The position numbers were made by a program, and so were the translations under genes. This document shows, one piece after another, positions 25,356 to 37,159 of a stretch of DNA of 64,000 nt (position 1 is its first letter; every line of letters begins with the position of its first letter). Origin of the DNA: Hydrolagus colliei (taxonomy: Eukaryota); contig CM068750.1 in the NCBI GenBank assembly GCA_035084275.1, positions 10,602,001-10,666,000 on the forward strand. Direction: 5' to 3'. The notes below the pieces were generated by a model. That model was not told where the DNA came from. It did no database searches and saw nothing but the letters and a program-made list of their open reading frames with translations.

Positions 25356-26479
25356 AGAGGAACACACTTTATGGAGAGATTTTGTGTTGCCTTACCCTGG
25401 ACAGTGATTTCATTACGAGATGAATTAGTCAGTTTCCTTGCTTCATGCCATGCTTGTGTATAGTCAGATCTCTGTGTTACTTCAGTGGGAGGAGGAGTCT
25501 GACATGCAGCCTTTCATCACTGTTGGTACCGCAGCATTCATCAGTTTAACATGATTTGGCCATGTCTTGACCCAATAGTCATTGGTGATGAAACATTTTC
25601 CCACTGAATAATCTCAATGGTTTCTTTATCAGCTAGTCCTTCCTGCAATGCCGGGACGTGGATGCTTGGTACAGAAATCACTTTGCCAGCATCATACAAT
25701 TCTGTTGTGTGGCTGTTTTATAGGTGCTTCTTGGTCAAGTAGCCTGTCACAGTCTTCTTGGGTGTCCCACAATGATTTGGGCACCTTATAGTCTATCCAG
25801 CTAATACATTTGAAGTTCACAGGAAAGGTTACCACTTGTTTTGAATTGTGCCACGCTGAAACCTGCCACTTTGCCTGTCAATTATCCGACTGGCAACATA
25901 ATTTTCAGGGTATTCACAGGTGCCAGCCCTGGAATTTGCTGACTAGCAATAAACCATAGGACTTAAAAGCGCAAATTATTCTTGTGTTTTAACATTTGAG
26001 AAACAGTGGAAATTAGATTGTAACTGATATAATGAACAAAAGGTACTTCGAACAAGCCTGAAAATGGGTCATTTAACAGCTGGCTACACATAGTTTGACG
26101 AGCTGTCCCATCCAGATTGCAGGTGAACAAACTGTGAAAAGACAATGACTAGAAATAAAGTACTGCTAATCGAAACATAACAACCGAATCCCACTGATCA
26201 CTGCAAACACAAACACACAAATACATATGGATTATGGCCTTAGGAAAGGCAGATCAATCACTACCAGCAAATAATGACTACAGGCAAATAATCACTGCAA
26301 CTGTTAAACATAATTGTACCTAATTGAACTACAAACACACAATAAAAACAAAATACATTCGTGTCTCTTATTTTATCTTCAAGTAGATTCAAATATACAT
26401 TAAAAAAAACACTTCAGATGCCTGTTATAAATAAGGTCAGTTTGTGGTTAGATTACTCCCCACAGCATTAGAAGAGACA

Positions 26480-27005
26480 GATATATTTATGAAGAAACTT
26501 GCTTACAAATACAAAGGGAAGTGTTTGAATCTGGAAAACTCCACTGGGGAAGTGATAACAGAACGCAGTGAGTGTGTGATGAAGAGATGGGAAGATATAT
26601 CAAGCAGCATGAGAAACCAATATTTGAGCCAATTCTACAGTCTCTAGAGGACTCAACAATGAAACAATGGAATCTGTGCATTTGAAAGCAGAAGCTAGGG
26701 CTGCAGTGAAAGATTTAATACTTAACAAAGCATTGGGAGCAGATGGTCTCCCAGGTGAGCTGTTGAAAGCTGGTCGAGACACAGACTTGGTTATTTTACA
26801 CAAATTTGCAATACAATTTGGCATCACATTATATACCCAGCAGAGCAAACCAGAGTGTACCCCTAGCAGATTCAAAAAAAAATCCCATTGAATGTAATAA
26901 CCACAGAGCAATCAGCTTGATCAGTCATGCGAGTGAGATCAATGCTCGCGTCATGCTCAACTGTATGCAGAATAAAGTTGGAATGGGAATGAACAAAACA
27001 GACTA
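26480..27005 (+). mobile_element. RTE-clade LINE ORF fragment (decayed, frameshifted)
   Basis: GEVITERSECVMKRWED, EARAAVKDLILNKALGADGLPGELLKAG and KKNPIECNNHRAISLISHASEI match RTE/BovB-type motifs (KRWxEY; EVxxAxKxLxxNKAPGxDGIPxELLK; ECxNYRTISLISHASKI). Confidence 0.85.
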
Positions 27006-27749
27006 ACTATCTTTCAACAGCATCAAATTCAACCCAGATGTTTGTCAGAATGGAAAGAACAGGTGCAATGGGGAAAGTCACATACAGCAAATAAACTAGG
27101 TGGGGTGGGGGTTGCAACATAAGAGACTGGCTGCTGAACAGTGGATCAATAATACGCTGTGATTTCTCAGTTGATCTATCGAATGAGAAGTTAGAAAAAG
27201 ATCAAAGCATGGATTTATAATGTTACCAATGCTCAGCTCATATGAGTAAATGAGATACAGAGAGCAAAAGCATTGTTGTATAATCAAGTGTTTTTTTTGT
27301 GACACAACCAAGCTGTTAAGTAGCTCTTATACATTGTTACTGCAGATCAACCAAAATCAAGTTTCACACTTGCTTTGGATATTCTTTGTGAAGATCAAAG
27401 AAAGTTTTAGTAAAATCTTCTAACGGCGCATCTCCCAATGATCAGACATGAGCAGTGACTGCCTCTGCAAACAACAAGGACAGAACACTCCGTAGTGGCA
27501 TCAGATTTAAAGACCCAGGATTTGATGGTTTGAAACAACTCAAGAGTGAGAGCTATTAATATCCTTTATGTTTAAACCAGAGCAGAGTGCTGAGAAACAT
27601 GGATTTCTAAAACAATCTGTCTATTTTATTGGGGAGAATGGTAACTATAATGACAACAATAAATCGCATTTATCTAGTGTCAGTCACGTTGGGACCTCCA
27701 TGGTGTTGGGAGTGTCAAGGGTTTGTGTTTGACTACTGTAGCCTCTGTA

Positions 27750-27930
27750 ATTACTTCTCTATGCCCCTCCATCTCATTAACCCCTCTCATCTATTTTGTC
27801 TTTCTACCTTTAAATCCTGCTTAAAACCTACCTATTTGGCCTGACCTGCACTCCCTCGCCTCCATTGCTTGTGAAGCATTATGAGATGTTATCCAATGTG
27901 AAGGGTTCTAGATAAATGCAAGTTGTTGTG
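27750..27930 (+). mobile_element. L2 LINE 3' end (old)
   Basis: LSTFKSCLKPTYL resembles L2 C-terminal FKSxLKTxLF; followed by tgtgaagcattatgagatg...tgtgaagggttctagataaatgcaagttgttgt. Confidence 0.72.
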
Positions 27931-28002
27931 TGGGAAGTGATTTCTGCATAACCATTCTGTTGTGCAGCAACTTGAGGAATAGTTGCATACTATATGTAAC
28001 AG

Positions 28003-28325
28003 TAATAATCCTTACTGGTCATGGTTGCATCTCAAAGTTTTTCACAGGATTTACTGTAATGTGTAGTGAGCGTGATTTGTGGACAAAATGCAACAGTAGA
28101 TTAATTGGGCACAGCAATGCCAGCAAATGGCCATGAAGTGAAATGGCAGGAAGGATAGAAGCGAGACATTGCTAATTACATATTTCTTGTCCTAAAATGG
28201 AGCACTCTGCTTTTATTAAATAGCCACGCAGTGATCAAACCCAAATCAACGGTCCTCTGATTGCTGGGACTCAAACCTGTAACCTCTGGATAATAATGTT
28301 AGTGCTCTTCTAATTATGATTAACT
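28003..28325 (-). mobile_element. Decayed SINE (tail, core and head remnants)
   Basis: aataatccttac...catctcaaagtttttcacaggatttactgtaatgtgtagtg...gcacagcaatg...gggactcaaacctgtaacctctg. Confidence 0.6.
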
Positions 28326-29089
28326 GGGCTGTGGTTCTATTATAGGGGAGAGGACAGAAAGGTGATTAAAGCTTTAATTAGCTGAAAGTCGTTTCCTTCA
28401 TAGCTAAGCCTGTTAAATCATATGCAGCTGACTCTATATAAACATGTGCTTGATCCAAGCATACGCCAAATTCCTGACCGAAGCATAAGATTTACACAAT
28501 CATTTCTGATCCAAACTAAAAATAACTCTATTAATTTGACTTTTACGGTTCAGGACTCTAAATATGATCAGTTGATGATATGCTTAGTTGTTATCCAGAA
28601 ACAGCAACATATCTCAAAGATCTCAGTATTTTCATGTCATTTATAAGGTGTTGTTGAATTTTTTAAATATTGTTTGATTATAATAATTATTTCATTTGAT
28701 CCATCACTTTAAATGTCAGGACAAAGCACTTCATAAAATATTCTGCGACTATATTTAGTAAACTAAATATAATTATAATGATACTTTATATTTATAATTA
28801 TAATTTATATTTATAAAACTAAAGTATAATTATAATGAATTGCTGATTAAATAATTTGTAAAGAGAACTTGCTGGTTTATGGAAAGACAAAATTATGGGT
28901 TACCAATACTTCAACCTTATGCAATTTGGAATATGAAATCTTAGCAAACCCCTAATAAATTCCCATTCATAAGACGCAGCATAAGATGCTGCATTATGAT
29001 GCAGCATCTCAAATAAAGACAACTTTGCAAAGCATTTGTATATATGACAAAGTAAATTTTCCTTTGCAACTGTTAACCTATATCCTATT

Positions 29090-29215
29090 GTTTCAGCTTA
29101 CTCTTTGGCAAGTTCTACTCCATCCATGTAATATATGCACCTCCTATTCTTACTTCCTATTGGAGTGCTGTACTTTGCATTTGCCTGTATTGAGCTTCAT
29201 TTGCCAACATCATTC
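29090..29215 (-). mobile_element. CR1 RT fragment
   Basis: Minus translation WQMKLNTGKCKVQH matches CR1 WQMxFNxxKCKVMH. Confidence 0.75.
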
Positions 29216-32200
29216 TTACTTTTGTGATCAAGAACTCACAGAGCTTTTGTACTATTCTTCTTCTGTTTCACTTAAAATGTACATTTTCTACTGTAATTTA
29301 AGCTTGTGCTCACATTATGATGGAGTTCATCAAGAATTATTGATCTACCCACTAGGCAACTAAGTTTGTTTCCATAAACCTGTAGCACAATTGTAACAAC
29401 ATTTATATTTGAAGCAATCTGTGTGGCTCATCAAAATAAATCAAGTTATGGATATGAAATAATACATGCCAAAACATATCTGGATTTAATCTACCTAATT
29501 ACTAAGATCATGTCTATGTGAAGTACACCTGGTTATTTATATCAGTTGTGAAATCCCAGAGAGGCAATAACAGTATCCTTTTTGTCATGGTGTTTGACCT
29601 TGGGGGTGGTTCACAGCAGAGCAATGAACTCACTGATCAGGGTGAAAAGAGTTATCATTAATCTCTTAAAATTTATAAGCAGTTCAGTATACTGCACATA
29701 CAGTGTAACATGGGCAGTGTAATAGTGTCTCAGAATCAATAGTTTGAAATAAGATTAATATGAACTCTGTTGATTAATGGTTAAATGGTGGAGTATGGAA
29801 GACAAGCAACTTACCTGCTCTATATCATGTGACAAATCACCATGGAACTCCCTCTTCTAAATTTCAATACTAATGGTCATGATGTTAATGATGAATCATT
29901 AATTAGGAACAGTCCAGATTAATTAAACATGTCAGATAACATTTACTAAAAGCTGTTATTGGGCTTGGTGCTCTCCACAAGATCCTTCATATATAAATCT
30001 AGTTTAAATAGAGGTATTTGCTTGAATAGTGTTAACATACAATAACTCTTAACCTTGAACAGCCGAATATGGAACAGTCAATGTTGCAGCTGGAACTTCG
30101 TGTCTCAGTGGAAGTCTGAATCATTAATTGAACAAACTCAGACAATCCTAAATGGCTAGCTTATAAGGATGCCACAAAATCTTACATCTTTGAATATTTG
30201 TTCTGCATTCAATAGCCAGAAAGTAGGAGCAAAGTCAAGGCAGTATAAATGTTTAGCTTCTTTTTCCATCGTGCTATTGAATGGCCTGGAAAATCAATCT
30301 GCCAGCAAACCAAACAACTGTAAAGTTCAACATTGATATACCAACACAAGTATGAACTTCATTAAAGTATATCTATTTTGGCATTTTGCAATTCTTATGA
30401 ATGTAAACAGAATGTTTTTAATACTTTACATAGCTTCCTATGGTTTAAACATTAAACCATTCCATTTCGCATTATCTTTACAGTTATATGCTTAAGAATA
30501 AATCAGCATAAGGCAGTCTGAAAAGAGTTTGATATTTGATGTACTCAAAACTAACTTACCAGTATATAATGGTGTTGATATCAATTACATGATTTTCAAA
30601 CTAAAATATAGTACATTCAATGAAAATAAACAGAAGTAAATGTAGCGAATATGGAATACAGACTTACTGAACTGGTAAGCATGATAACTGACACCTGAGC
30701 TGAATATATTTGAGGGATGACATGAACTAGCCTGTTTGGAGACCCTAAGCTTTCTCAAAGCTCCCCTACAAAGTACAAACGGCTCTTTGAAATGATTAGG
30801 GATTCTATTTTACATTTTTCTTACAGAATACATAGTCACTACACTTTAGAGTAGATTCCTGGGAAATGCATTGAAAAGCCCTCATGACATGAATGTACTA
30901 TTAGATGTAAATATAATTGTATGGTGGGGGAAAGGATTATCAAAAAAAAAATTCCCATGTTTGCAATTCTTTGTACATATGCTTCTGTTGCTAGCAGGGA
31001 AAGCTACTTGCATGACCAACTCTAATAACGAATGGATTGGATTTTTGGGAGCAGAATCAATGAGGATGTGCATTGACTATGTTTATACTGCAGTTATGCC
31101 AATTGAAGCGCTGCCAAAATCATCTCCTGATGGTGGTCCCAGGATCGTTGTGAAATAATTTACTCCCAAATCACAAAGATCAACTCCCAGATTTATACTG
31201 TATTTTCTCAGTGAGAATCAGGCATCCAATGACCACCCACACCATCATTTGCAGTGAACAATTGCAGATAAAAGCAAGAGCAAATTTAGGGAGAAAAAAA
31301 AAGAGTGAATTGTTCATGTACCCGACACGAACAGATCTTCACCTTGACACAGAAACAAAACTAATAGGATGTTTTTTGAGAAAATCACTAATGAGAGAGC
31401 AACACTGCTGCATCTGGATTCTGCAATTGCTATGCAGTGGAGTGCTAGGGCACAGGGCTGCACCTCTGTGTGAGAGCCCCTGCACTCTTCTTCCTGACTC
31501 TTGACCAGGTGCAGTGGAGGGCCAGGTGAAAGGAGACAAGAGAGATCACTGGTTCCCTTCGATGCAAGACGACAAAATTGGAAGCCGAGTAACCCTAGGT
31601 CACGTATGTATAGATTGTGTGTTTTACTCAAGAGAAGCGAATAATCCTAAGAGAAGCTCATCTTGGGGTGTGGTTGCAGCAGTGCGTGAAGAATGAAACA
31701 TGAATCTTAAAGAAAATAACATGAATATGGTGGCAGGGGTGAAAACCCTGTAAAACAAAGTAAAAACAAAAAAAATCTGTTCAGTGAAACTAAAGCAAAA
31801 ATAGGTTACTGTAAATTACTGTATTGCACGTACATAGTCAGCGTGATGAAATATATTTTCATCAATAAGATTTACGTTAATAATAATAATTACACCATTC
31901 AGATTTGACCAAATTACTTCTAATTGTCAACTAAACTTTTATTGGTTTTTAAGTCAGTGAAATATCATCAGTCTCACCTCGTTCATTGGGTGACATTTGC
32001 TGTGGTTTCCATTAATGGGAGATTCAATCTTGCAAGAGTTTCTGTGGTGCATCTCCACTGAGATTACCTGCCTCCATTTTCTATTCTTAGTTGCCGATCC
32101 TGGCCACTGGAGACTCGAGAGATAAAAGGAATCTCTCACAGGGCATTTGAAAGTACATATTGTTGGATGGCTGCCTTGATATTTCAACACCAGTCCCTAG

Positions 32201-32459
32201 GCACCAATAATGCTGTTGGTCAGAAAATCAGTTGCTGAAAATGTTCATATTCCCTCTATTTCTTTCTGAACACGCATTTCTCTAATGATCTGCCTGGGTC
32301 TTCTCAAATTTTCAATCTTACCAGAAACCATTGCATTCTCTTTGATCTGATCTCCCATTTGTCACCCTCACAAGCTTTGTCTTTGCGTCTCTACCTATTG
32401 CCCTTTCTATTGCTCTTGAATTGATCAACTCAAATATTTTTTTCCCTGCTGGTCAGTCT

Positions 32460-33420
32460 ATTTTGAGCTTTCAACTTAATCTGTCCATGTCCCTAGCATA
32501 AAATCCAACTGATCCAAAACTCTGCCGCCTGCATACTCACCCGCACCAAACTTCGCTCCCCCATTACCCCAGTCCTTGCCAGACTTCACTGGCTCCCTAT
32601 CCCTGAGAGGATCGACTTCAAGATCCTCACCCCTTGTTTTCAAATCCCTCCACTCGTCTGCACCCACCTACCTCTTTTACCTCCTCTCTCCTCAAACCAG
32701 CTCCCATTGCTTTCACTCCACTGCATCTGGCTTCCTCCATGTCCCCCGAATCCTCTGCTCCACCCTCGGCGGCCATGCCTTCAGCCACTATGCCCTGAGG
32801 CTCTGGAATTTCCTTCCTCACTACCTCCATCTTGCCCCCTCTTTTCTCAGTTTCAGGTCCCAGCTGAAAACCTTTCTCTTCGACCACGCCTTTGGTCACC
32901 TTTCTACCCCTGCCTCTGGCTCGGTCCCGGGATCCACTATTGTGAAGCGCTCTGAGATGCTGTCCGGTGTGGAGGGCACTATATAAATCTAAGTTGTTGT
33001 TGTTGTAGCAACTTTTTGCCATCACAATTTGTGACTCTTCCTAACTCAGAGCCATCTGATTTGTAAATACTCTCATCTATTCCTATATCAGGTAATTTAT
33101 ACACAGTGTGAGACATCAGGGCCTGTACAGTAATAAGCTTGTGGTCACCACTTGTTACAGCCCCCTAATCAAGAAATGTCTCTTTTAACCTAACTCGCTG
33201 CCTCCAAAAGCTATTTTTATTCATGTCACGATCTTGTCCTCAATTCCATGCATCTTAATTTTAGCTCATAATCTCTTATGTGGTCAAATGCTTTCTGAAA
33301 ATCCATATAAATTATATCTATTGATCTTCATTTAAGTATCACCACCAAGGTTCTGTCAAAGAACTATATTAGATTTGCGACACATAATGTACTTTGCCCA
33401 GAACCATGCCGACTCTCTCT
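32460..33420 (-). mobile_element. CR1 RT remnant interrupted by an L2 insertion
   Basis: Minus translation SIDIIYMDFQKAFD..HKRL*AKIKMHGIE at about 33230-33330; after removing the L2 the sequence reads LGRVTNCDGKKL..RDMDRLS (with a frameshift), the CR1 post-ADD segment. Confidence 0.8.
32499..33005 (+). mobile_element. Young L2 LINE 3' end with 5-bp TSD (TAGCA)
   Basis: Near-identical to the reverse complement of 7693-8190 (QLIQNSAACILTRTKLRSPITPVLARLHWL...; LWNFLP; FRSQLKTFLF); tail ends (gtt)n; TAGCA at 32494-32498 and 33006-33010. Confidence 0.95.
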
Positions 33421-34251
33421 GGTTTGTGCATTGTTTCCCATTTAGTTTTGAGGTCAGATGCATGTGTGCTATTGAAGCTTGTTAAAGCCCCAGTACATCC
33501 AGATAATTACTTGCAGGGTTATATTAGTGGTGCCAATTTAAAACAAAAGAAAGTTTCACTGAGGCAGAAGCATTCCTTCAAAAGTAAATGATGGACAAGA
33601 AAGAAGGAAATAATTTAAATAATGACACTCATGGAAGCAGTGAACCTCTTAAATTGTCAACATTCATTCTGAAGGTGAAGGCCTGAGTGGCAATTAGATT
33701 AGTAAGTACAGTATTTACTTTATATGCTGGGGTACTTTCATTCTTTATTATTATTAGGATTGTTAAAATAATAACAACCACATTCTACTAAACAATAACA
33801 TGACAGAATTGTGTACTTGTAATAATGCCAAATTGCTACTCTTCTAAACCCAGAAGGCTTTTAGCATAAATGTGAAATTGCAAACAGATTCTAAGCTTGA
33901 TAGCTGTCAGAAAGAGAAGGAGCATTGACCATTTTGTTTCAATAACACAGAAGGTAAGATTGATTTATTGCAGCATCAGATTTTAAAGCAAACAATTTGT
34001 TTTTTTACTCACATCAGCAACTCTCCTATTATCAGCGATGGCGCTCAGTGACTAAATGTCCCAGCAGAAGAGGTTCCACTGTTGATTGCTAACATTCAAA
34101 CAGAACTGACTCTGATATCCTGCAGCAACAAGAACTGATCACAACCACACTTGTAGCTCTTACTACCAAAACTGTACTGAAGTGTATAGCACATAACAAG
34201 ACCATGTATCACTGCTTTGTGGAAAAAAAAACTTTCCAATTACCATTGCCT

Positions 34252-34306
34252 TGTTTGCGATGTAACAATTTTAAGCACACGTCTAAAAATTGTTACATCG
34301 CAAACA
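34252..34306. repeat. Perfect 21-bp inverted repeat (hairpin)
   Basis: tgtttgcgatgtaacaatttt (34252-34272) and aaaattgttacatcgcaaaca (34286-34306) are exact reverse complements with a 13-nt spacer. Confidence 0.95.
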
Positions 34307-34715
34307 CAAGTATTTGAGAGGAAAACACAAGTATTTGACAAAACAGTAGATTACAGTTCAAAGTTTCAGTGGAATGGAAACTACAGACTTTGATATTCAA
34401 ATGCTCTTCACACCTTATTATGAGTATTATATGAATTATTAATCCATTTGCATGGTAATGATGTGTGCTTAGGTAGTGTAAAATTGCATTACGGCAACCT
34501 AGCGGAGTGAGTATGAGCTTGTAAGGTTCTGGCTGCAATGTAATACTCGAGATCAAAAATATATCTAGCTTTGGAGATTATTGTGGTGATGTTTTTGATG
34601 GAAAAAATGAATTGGATGTTTATCTGAATGGACCCAGGGATGTACACAATTGCTATTGAAGTCTGGCTATTTCAAAAATGTGTCTTAGAAAAGTGAAAAG
34701 TCCCAAAAGTTAATA

Positions 34716-34905
34716 CATAGAATCCTGGAACGTCATTCAGTCCATCAAGTCCATCAAGTCTGCCCGGCTCTCTGTTCATTCAATCCCATTGTTTTGCCCT
34801 ATCCCCATACAACAACAACAATACATCTTCAGAGCTTTATCTCTCATAAACCTGTCCCTCTTGAAACCCATAATGCATTCCAGCTTTGTCATCTTAGTTG
34901 GCAAC
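34716..34905 (-). mobile_element. CR1 3' end fragment
   Basis: catagaatc...cattcagtccatcaagtc...tgcccggctctctg...tccccatac, reverse complement of a CR1 3' terminus. Confidence 0.55.
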
Positions 34906-35092
34906 TAATGAAACTAATATAAAGTGCCAACTAATCATGGTTATTTTCTGAACATTACTATCCATAAATAATATCAATAATTAAAACTACCCTGTGTCAT
35001 TTGTGAGGAGGAATATATCAATCAAGGGGTTGAATGGAATTCGGTCACTATCCAATTATTTATTTATTGAACTCAATAAGCTGGTTAAGATG

Positions 35093-35403
35093 TACATAGC
35101 TTCAGTTTCTTGCAGATATACATGTAGCGCGAGACCTGGGTTCAATTCCTGCAAGGGGAAACCATGGGCAAGTTTTCTTACTCCACATGCCTGATAATAC
35201 TCCTTCAAGAAAACCCCCCAATAAGAATTTGGTCACTCAATCCATGACTGTATGTGGGACACTGCTGTGTGCAATTGGTTGCTATTTTTCACCCACAAAT
35301 ATACAGTCAAATCACTTTACAACATATTCTGTGAAGTGTTTTGAGGTGTCAAGAAGACCTGAAAAGTATTATATCAAATGCAAGGATTAATATTATTATT
35401 ATT
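35093..35403 (+). mobile_element. tRNA-derived SINE, second family, near full length
   Basis: B box gagacctgggttcaattcc, body gaaaccatgggcaagttttcttactccaca shared with 42577-42755, core tgtgggacactgctgtgtgcaattgg, tail gtgaagtgttttgagg...tatatcaaatgcaaggattaatattattatt. Confidence 0.82.
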
Positions 35404-35504
35404 TATACGGCAGGGCAACTGAAGGGAAACTGATATGTTTTGTAAAATAATTGGCCAGTCATATTCTCTTTACAGACATCAGAACCCTTTTATATAATTT
35501 GGTG

Positions 35505-35990
35505 TCTCATTTTTTATGTCAGGAAGACGCCCTAAAGCGCTTCACAAAATTTAATGTGAAGTAGGGTCCGGCGATATATCGATATATCGGTTATATCGAT
35601 ATAATTTTCATATCGATATGCCGATTTCAGAATATTAATTATATTGATATATCTAAAAATTTGATATGAAAAAAAATAGATATATCGCAAATATCGGTAT
35701 ATCGTGTCCACCGATATATCGATATATCGGTATATATCAGTATGATGCAGACTTTTTCAACTTGCGCACCCCCGAATATGCGCGCACCTCTGAATGCGCA
35801 TGCACCTCCGAATGCGCGCGCATGCGGAGGACAAAAAGACCCGCAATATCGATATATCAGTATATATCGATATGGGTAAACCTATATATCGATATCGACG
35901 GACCCTAATGTGAAGTGACAATATATTTGTAGGTGAATGTGGCAGCCTAATTGTGCGCACTAATGTCGTTAAAACAGCCAAGTAGCCATT
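35505..35990 (-). mobile_element. SINE 3' part interrupted by the MITE
   Basis: gtcaggaagacgccctaaagcgcttcaca..atgtgaag | [MITE] | tgacaatatatttgtaggtgaatgtggcagcctaattgtgcgc is continuous SINE reverse complement once the MITE and one TSD are removed. Confidence 0.75.
35562..35907. mobile_element. Non-autonomous hAT-superfamily DNA transposon (MITE), 346 bp
   Basis: TIRs TAGGGTCCGGCGATAT / ATATCGACGGACCCTA (15/16 complementary); perfect 8-bp TSD ATGTGAAG at 35554-35561 and 35908-35915; subterminal CGATAT arrays; no transposase ORF. 8-bp TSD plus TAGGG termini are typical of hAT. Confidence 0.93.
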
Positions 35991-36061
35991 CAGTGTGCAG
36001 GGCAGCAGTATAGACAAAATTGTCAACTTAAAGATACCCGTTAAGTAATGTACTTCTTTAT

Positions 36062-36122
36062 CTTGAGACGTCCTCCCGACGTGAAAGGCGCTATTACAGA
36101 TGTAATTTTGTTACTGTTGTTA
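36062..36122 (+). mobile_element. Solo L2 3' tail (older type)
   Basis: cttgagacgtcctcccgacgtgaaaggcgctattacagatgtaattttgttactgttgtt. Confidence 0.82.
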
Positions 36123-37159
36123 TACTACATGCCATTAGTGATGGAAGACTTTGATTTACTGCAGTTCATCTCGCAGATCATGATATATAAAATGTCAGCT
36201 TTTTTTTTAGCAGTGTTCAGCATGATCTTTAGGTGTGATTGTTTCACGATTCAAATGTTTGTGGTTTGCATCCTTTGTTTGGTTTTTCAGTGCCTTGCTC
36301 AGTACTGCTACATGGAAATGCCCACCATCTTAGCAGGAATGCAGTTTGCAGCCAGGTTTAATACATGGGCTCAATGAAAAGCTTGTGGATATTGTAAGAT
36401 GTCACTCTACAAAATGATAGCAGGCAGATATGTTTTGTGCTAGAGGTTTAGTTCTCTATTTAGTTGTGAAACACATTCAGTTCTCCAGATAAAATACCAG
36501 GAAATCAACAAACCAGTTATCATTTAGATTCTTTGTGATCCAGGTATTTTGTGCCATTATTGAATTAGGAGCTTGGTGATTTCAATAAGAAACATATTTT
36601 CTAGTGATTTTTCTGACTTTGTTTTTACTGGAAACAAAACAAAGAAGTTAGACACTTCTGAACTATTCATGAATAATCAGTCGGAAGCTGTTTTAGGTTT
36701 CCTCATTCCTCACAGGAGGATTAACACAGCTATATTATTGCTGTTCTTTTAGTTAAATGAGGCATGTCAAGGCTTCAGATTGATATTTCCATATTTTATA
36801 TCCAGCGCTCGCTTTCTGTTATTGATGTACTTTCATTAATATGGTACATTAAAAATTCAAAATGTTGTCCTTCCATTGCCAAGATGAAAAGTGAATTCTC
36901 ATTTCAAATCTAATCTTTGCCTTTCATTCAAGCGCAGGAAAAGATTTGTAGCACGATATTCTGGCTCATAGGATCCATCCCTTTCCCTTAACATGACCTA
37001 CAAATCAGATGAAACTTATAACTGCTGTTAATGTACAACAATGACTATTAATGTTTAACGCACAGTTGCAGCCATTTTCTTTGATGGGATTTATATTGTT
37101 ATGCTATTGTCATCTTCAGTGTTTGACATATATACTTCCACCTAATCTAACCAGTAGGT

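Noticed and set aside
33950-33960. 3-nt microexon (cacag AAG gtaag)
   Set aside because: Poor pyrimidine tract and no proximal UGC element; such matches arise by chance.
35575-35900. CRISPR-like or satellite array
   Set aside because: The repeats are irregular 6-8 bp subterminal motifs inside TIRs, with no repeat-spacer periodicity, in a eukaryotic context.
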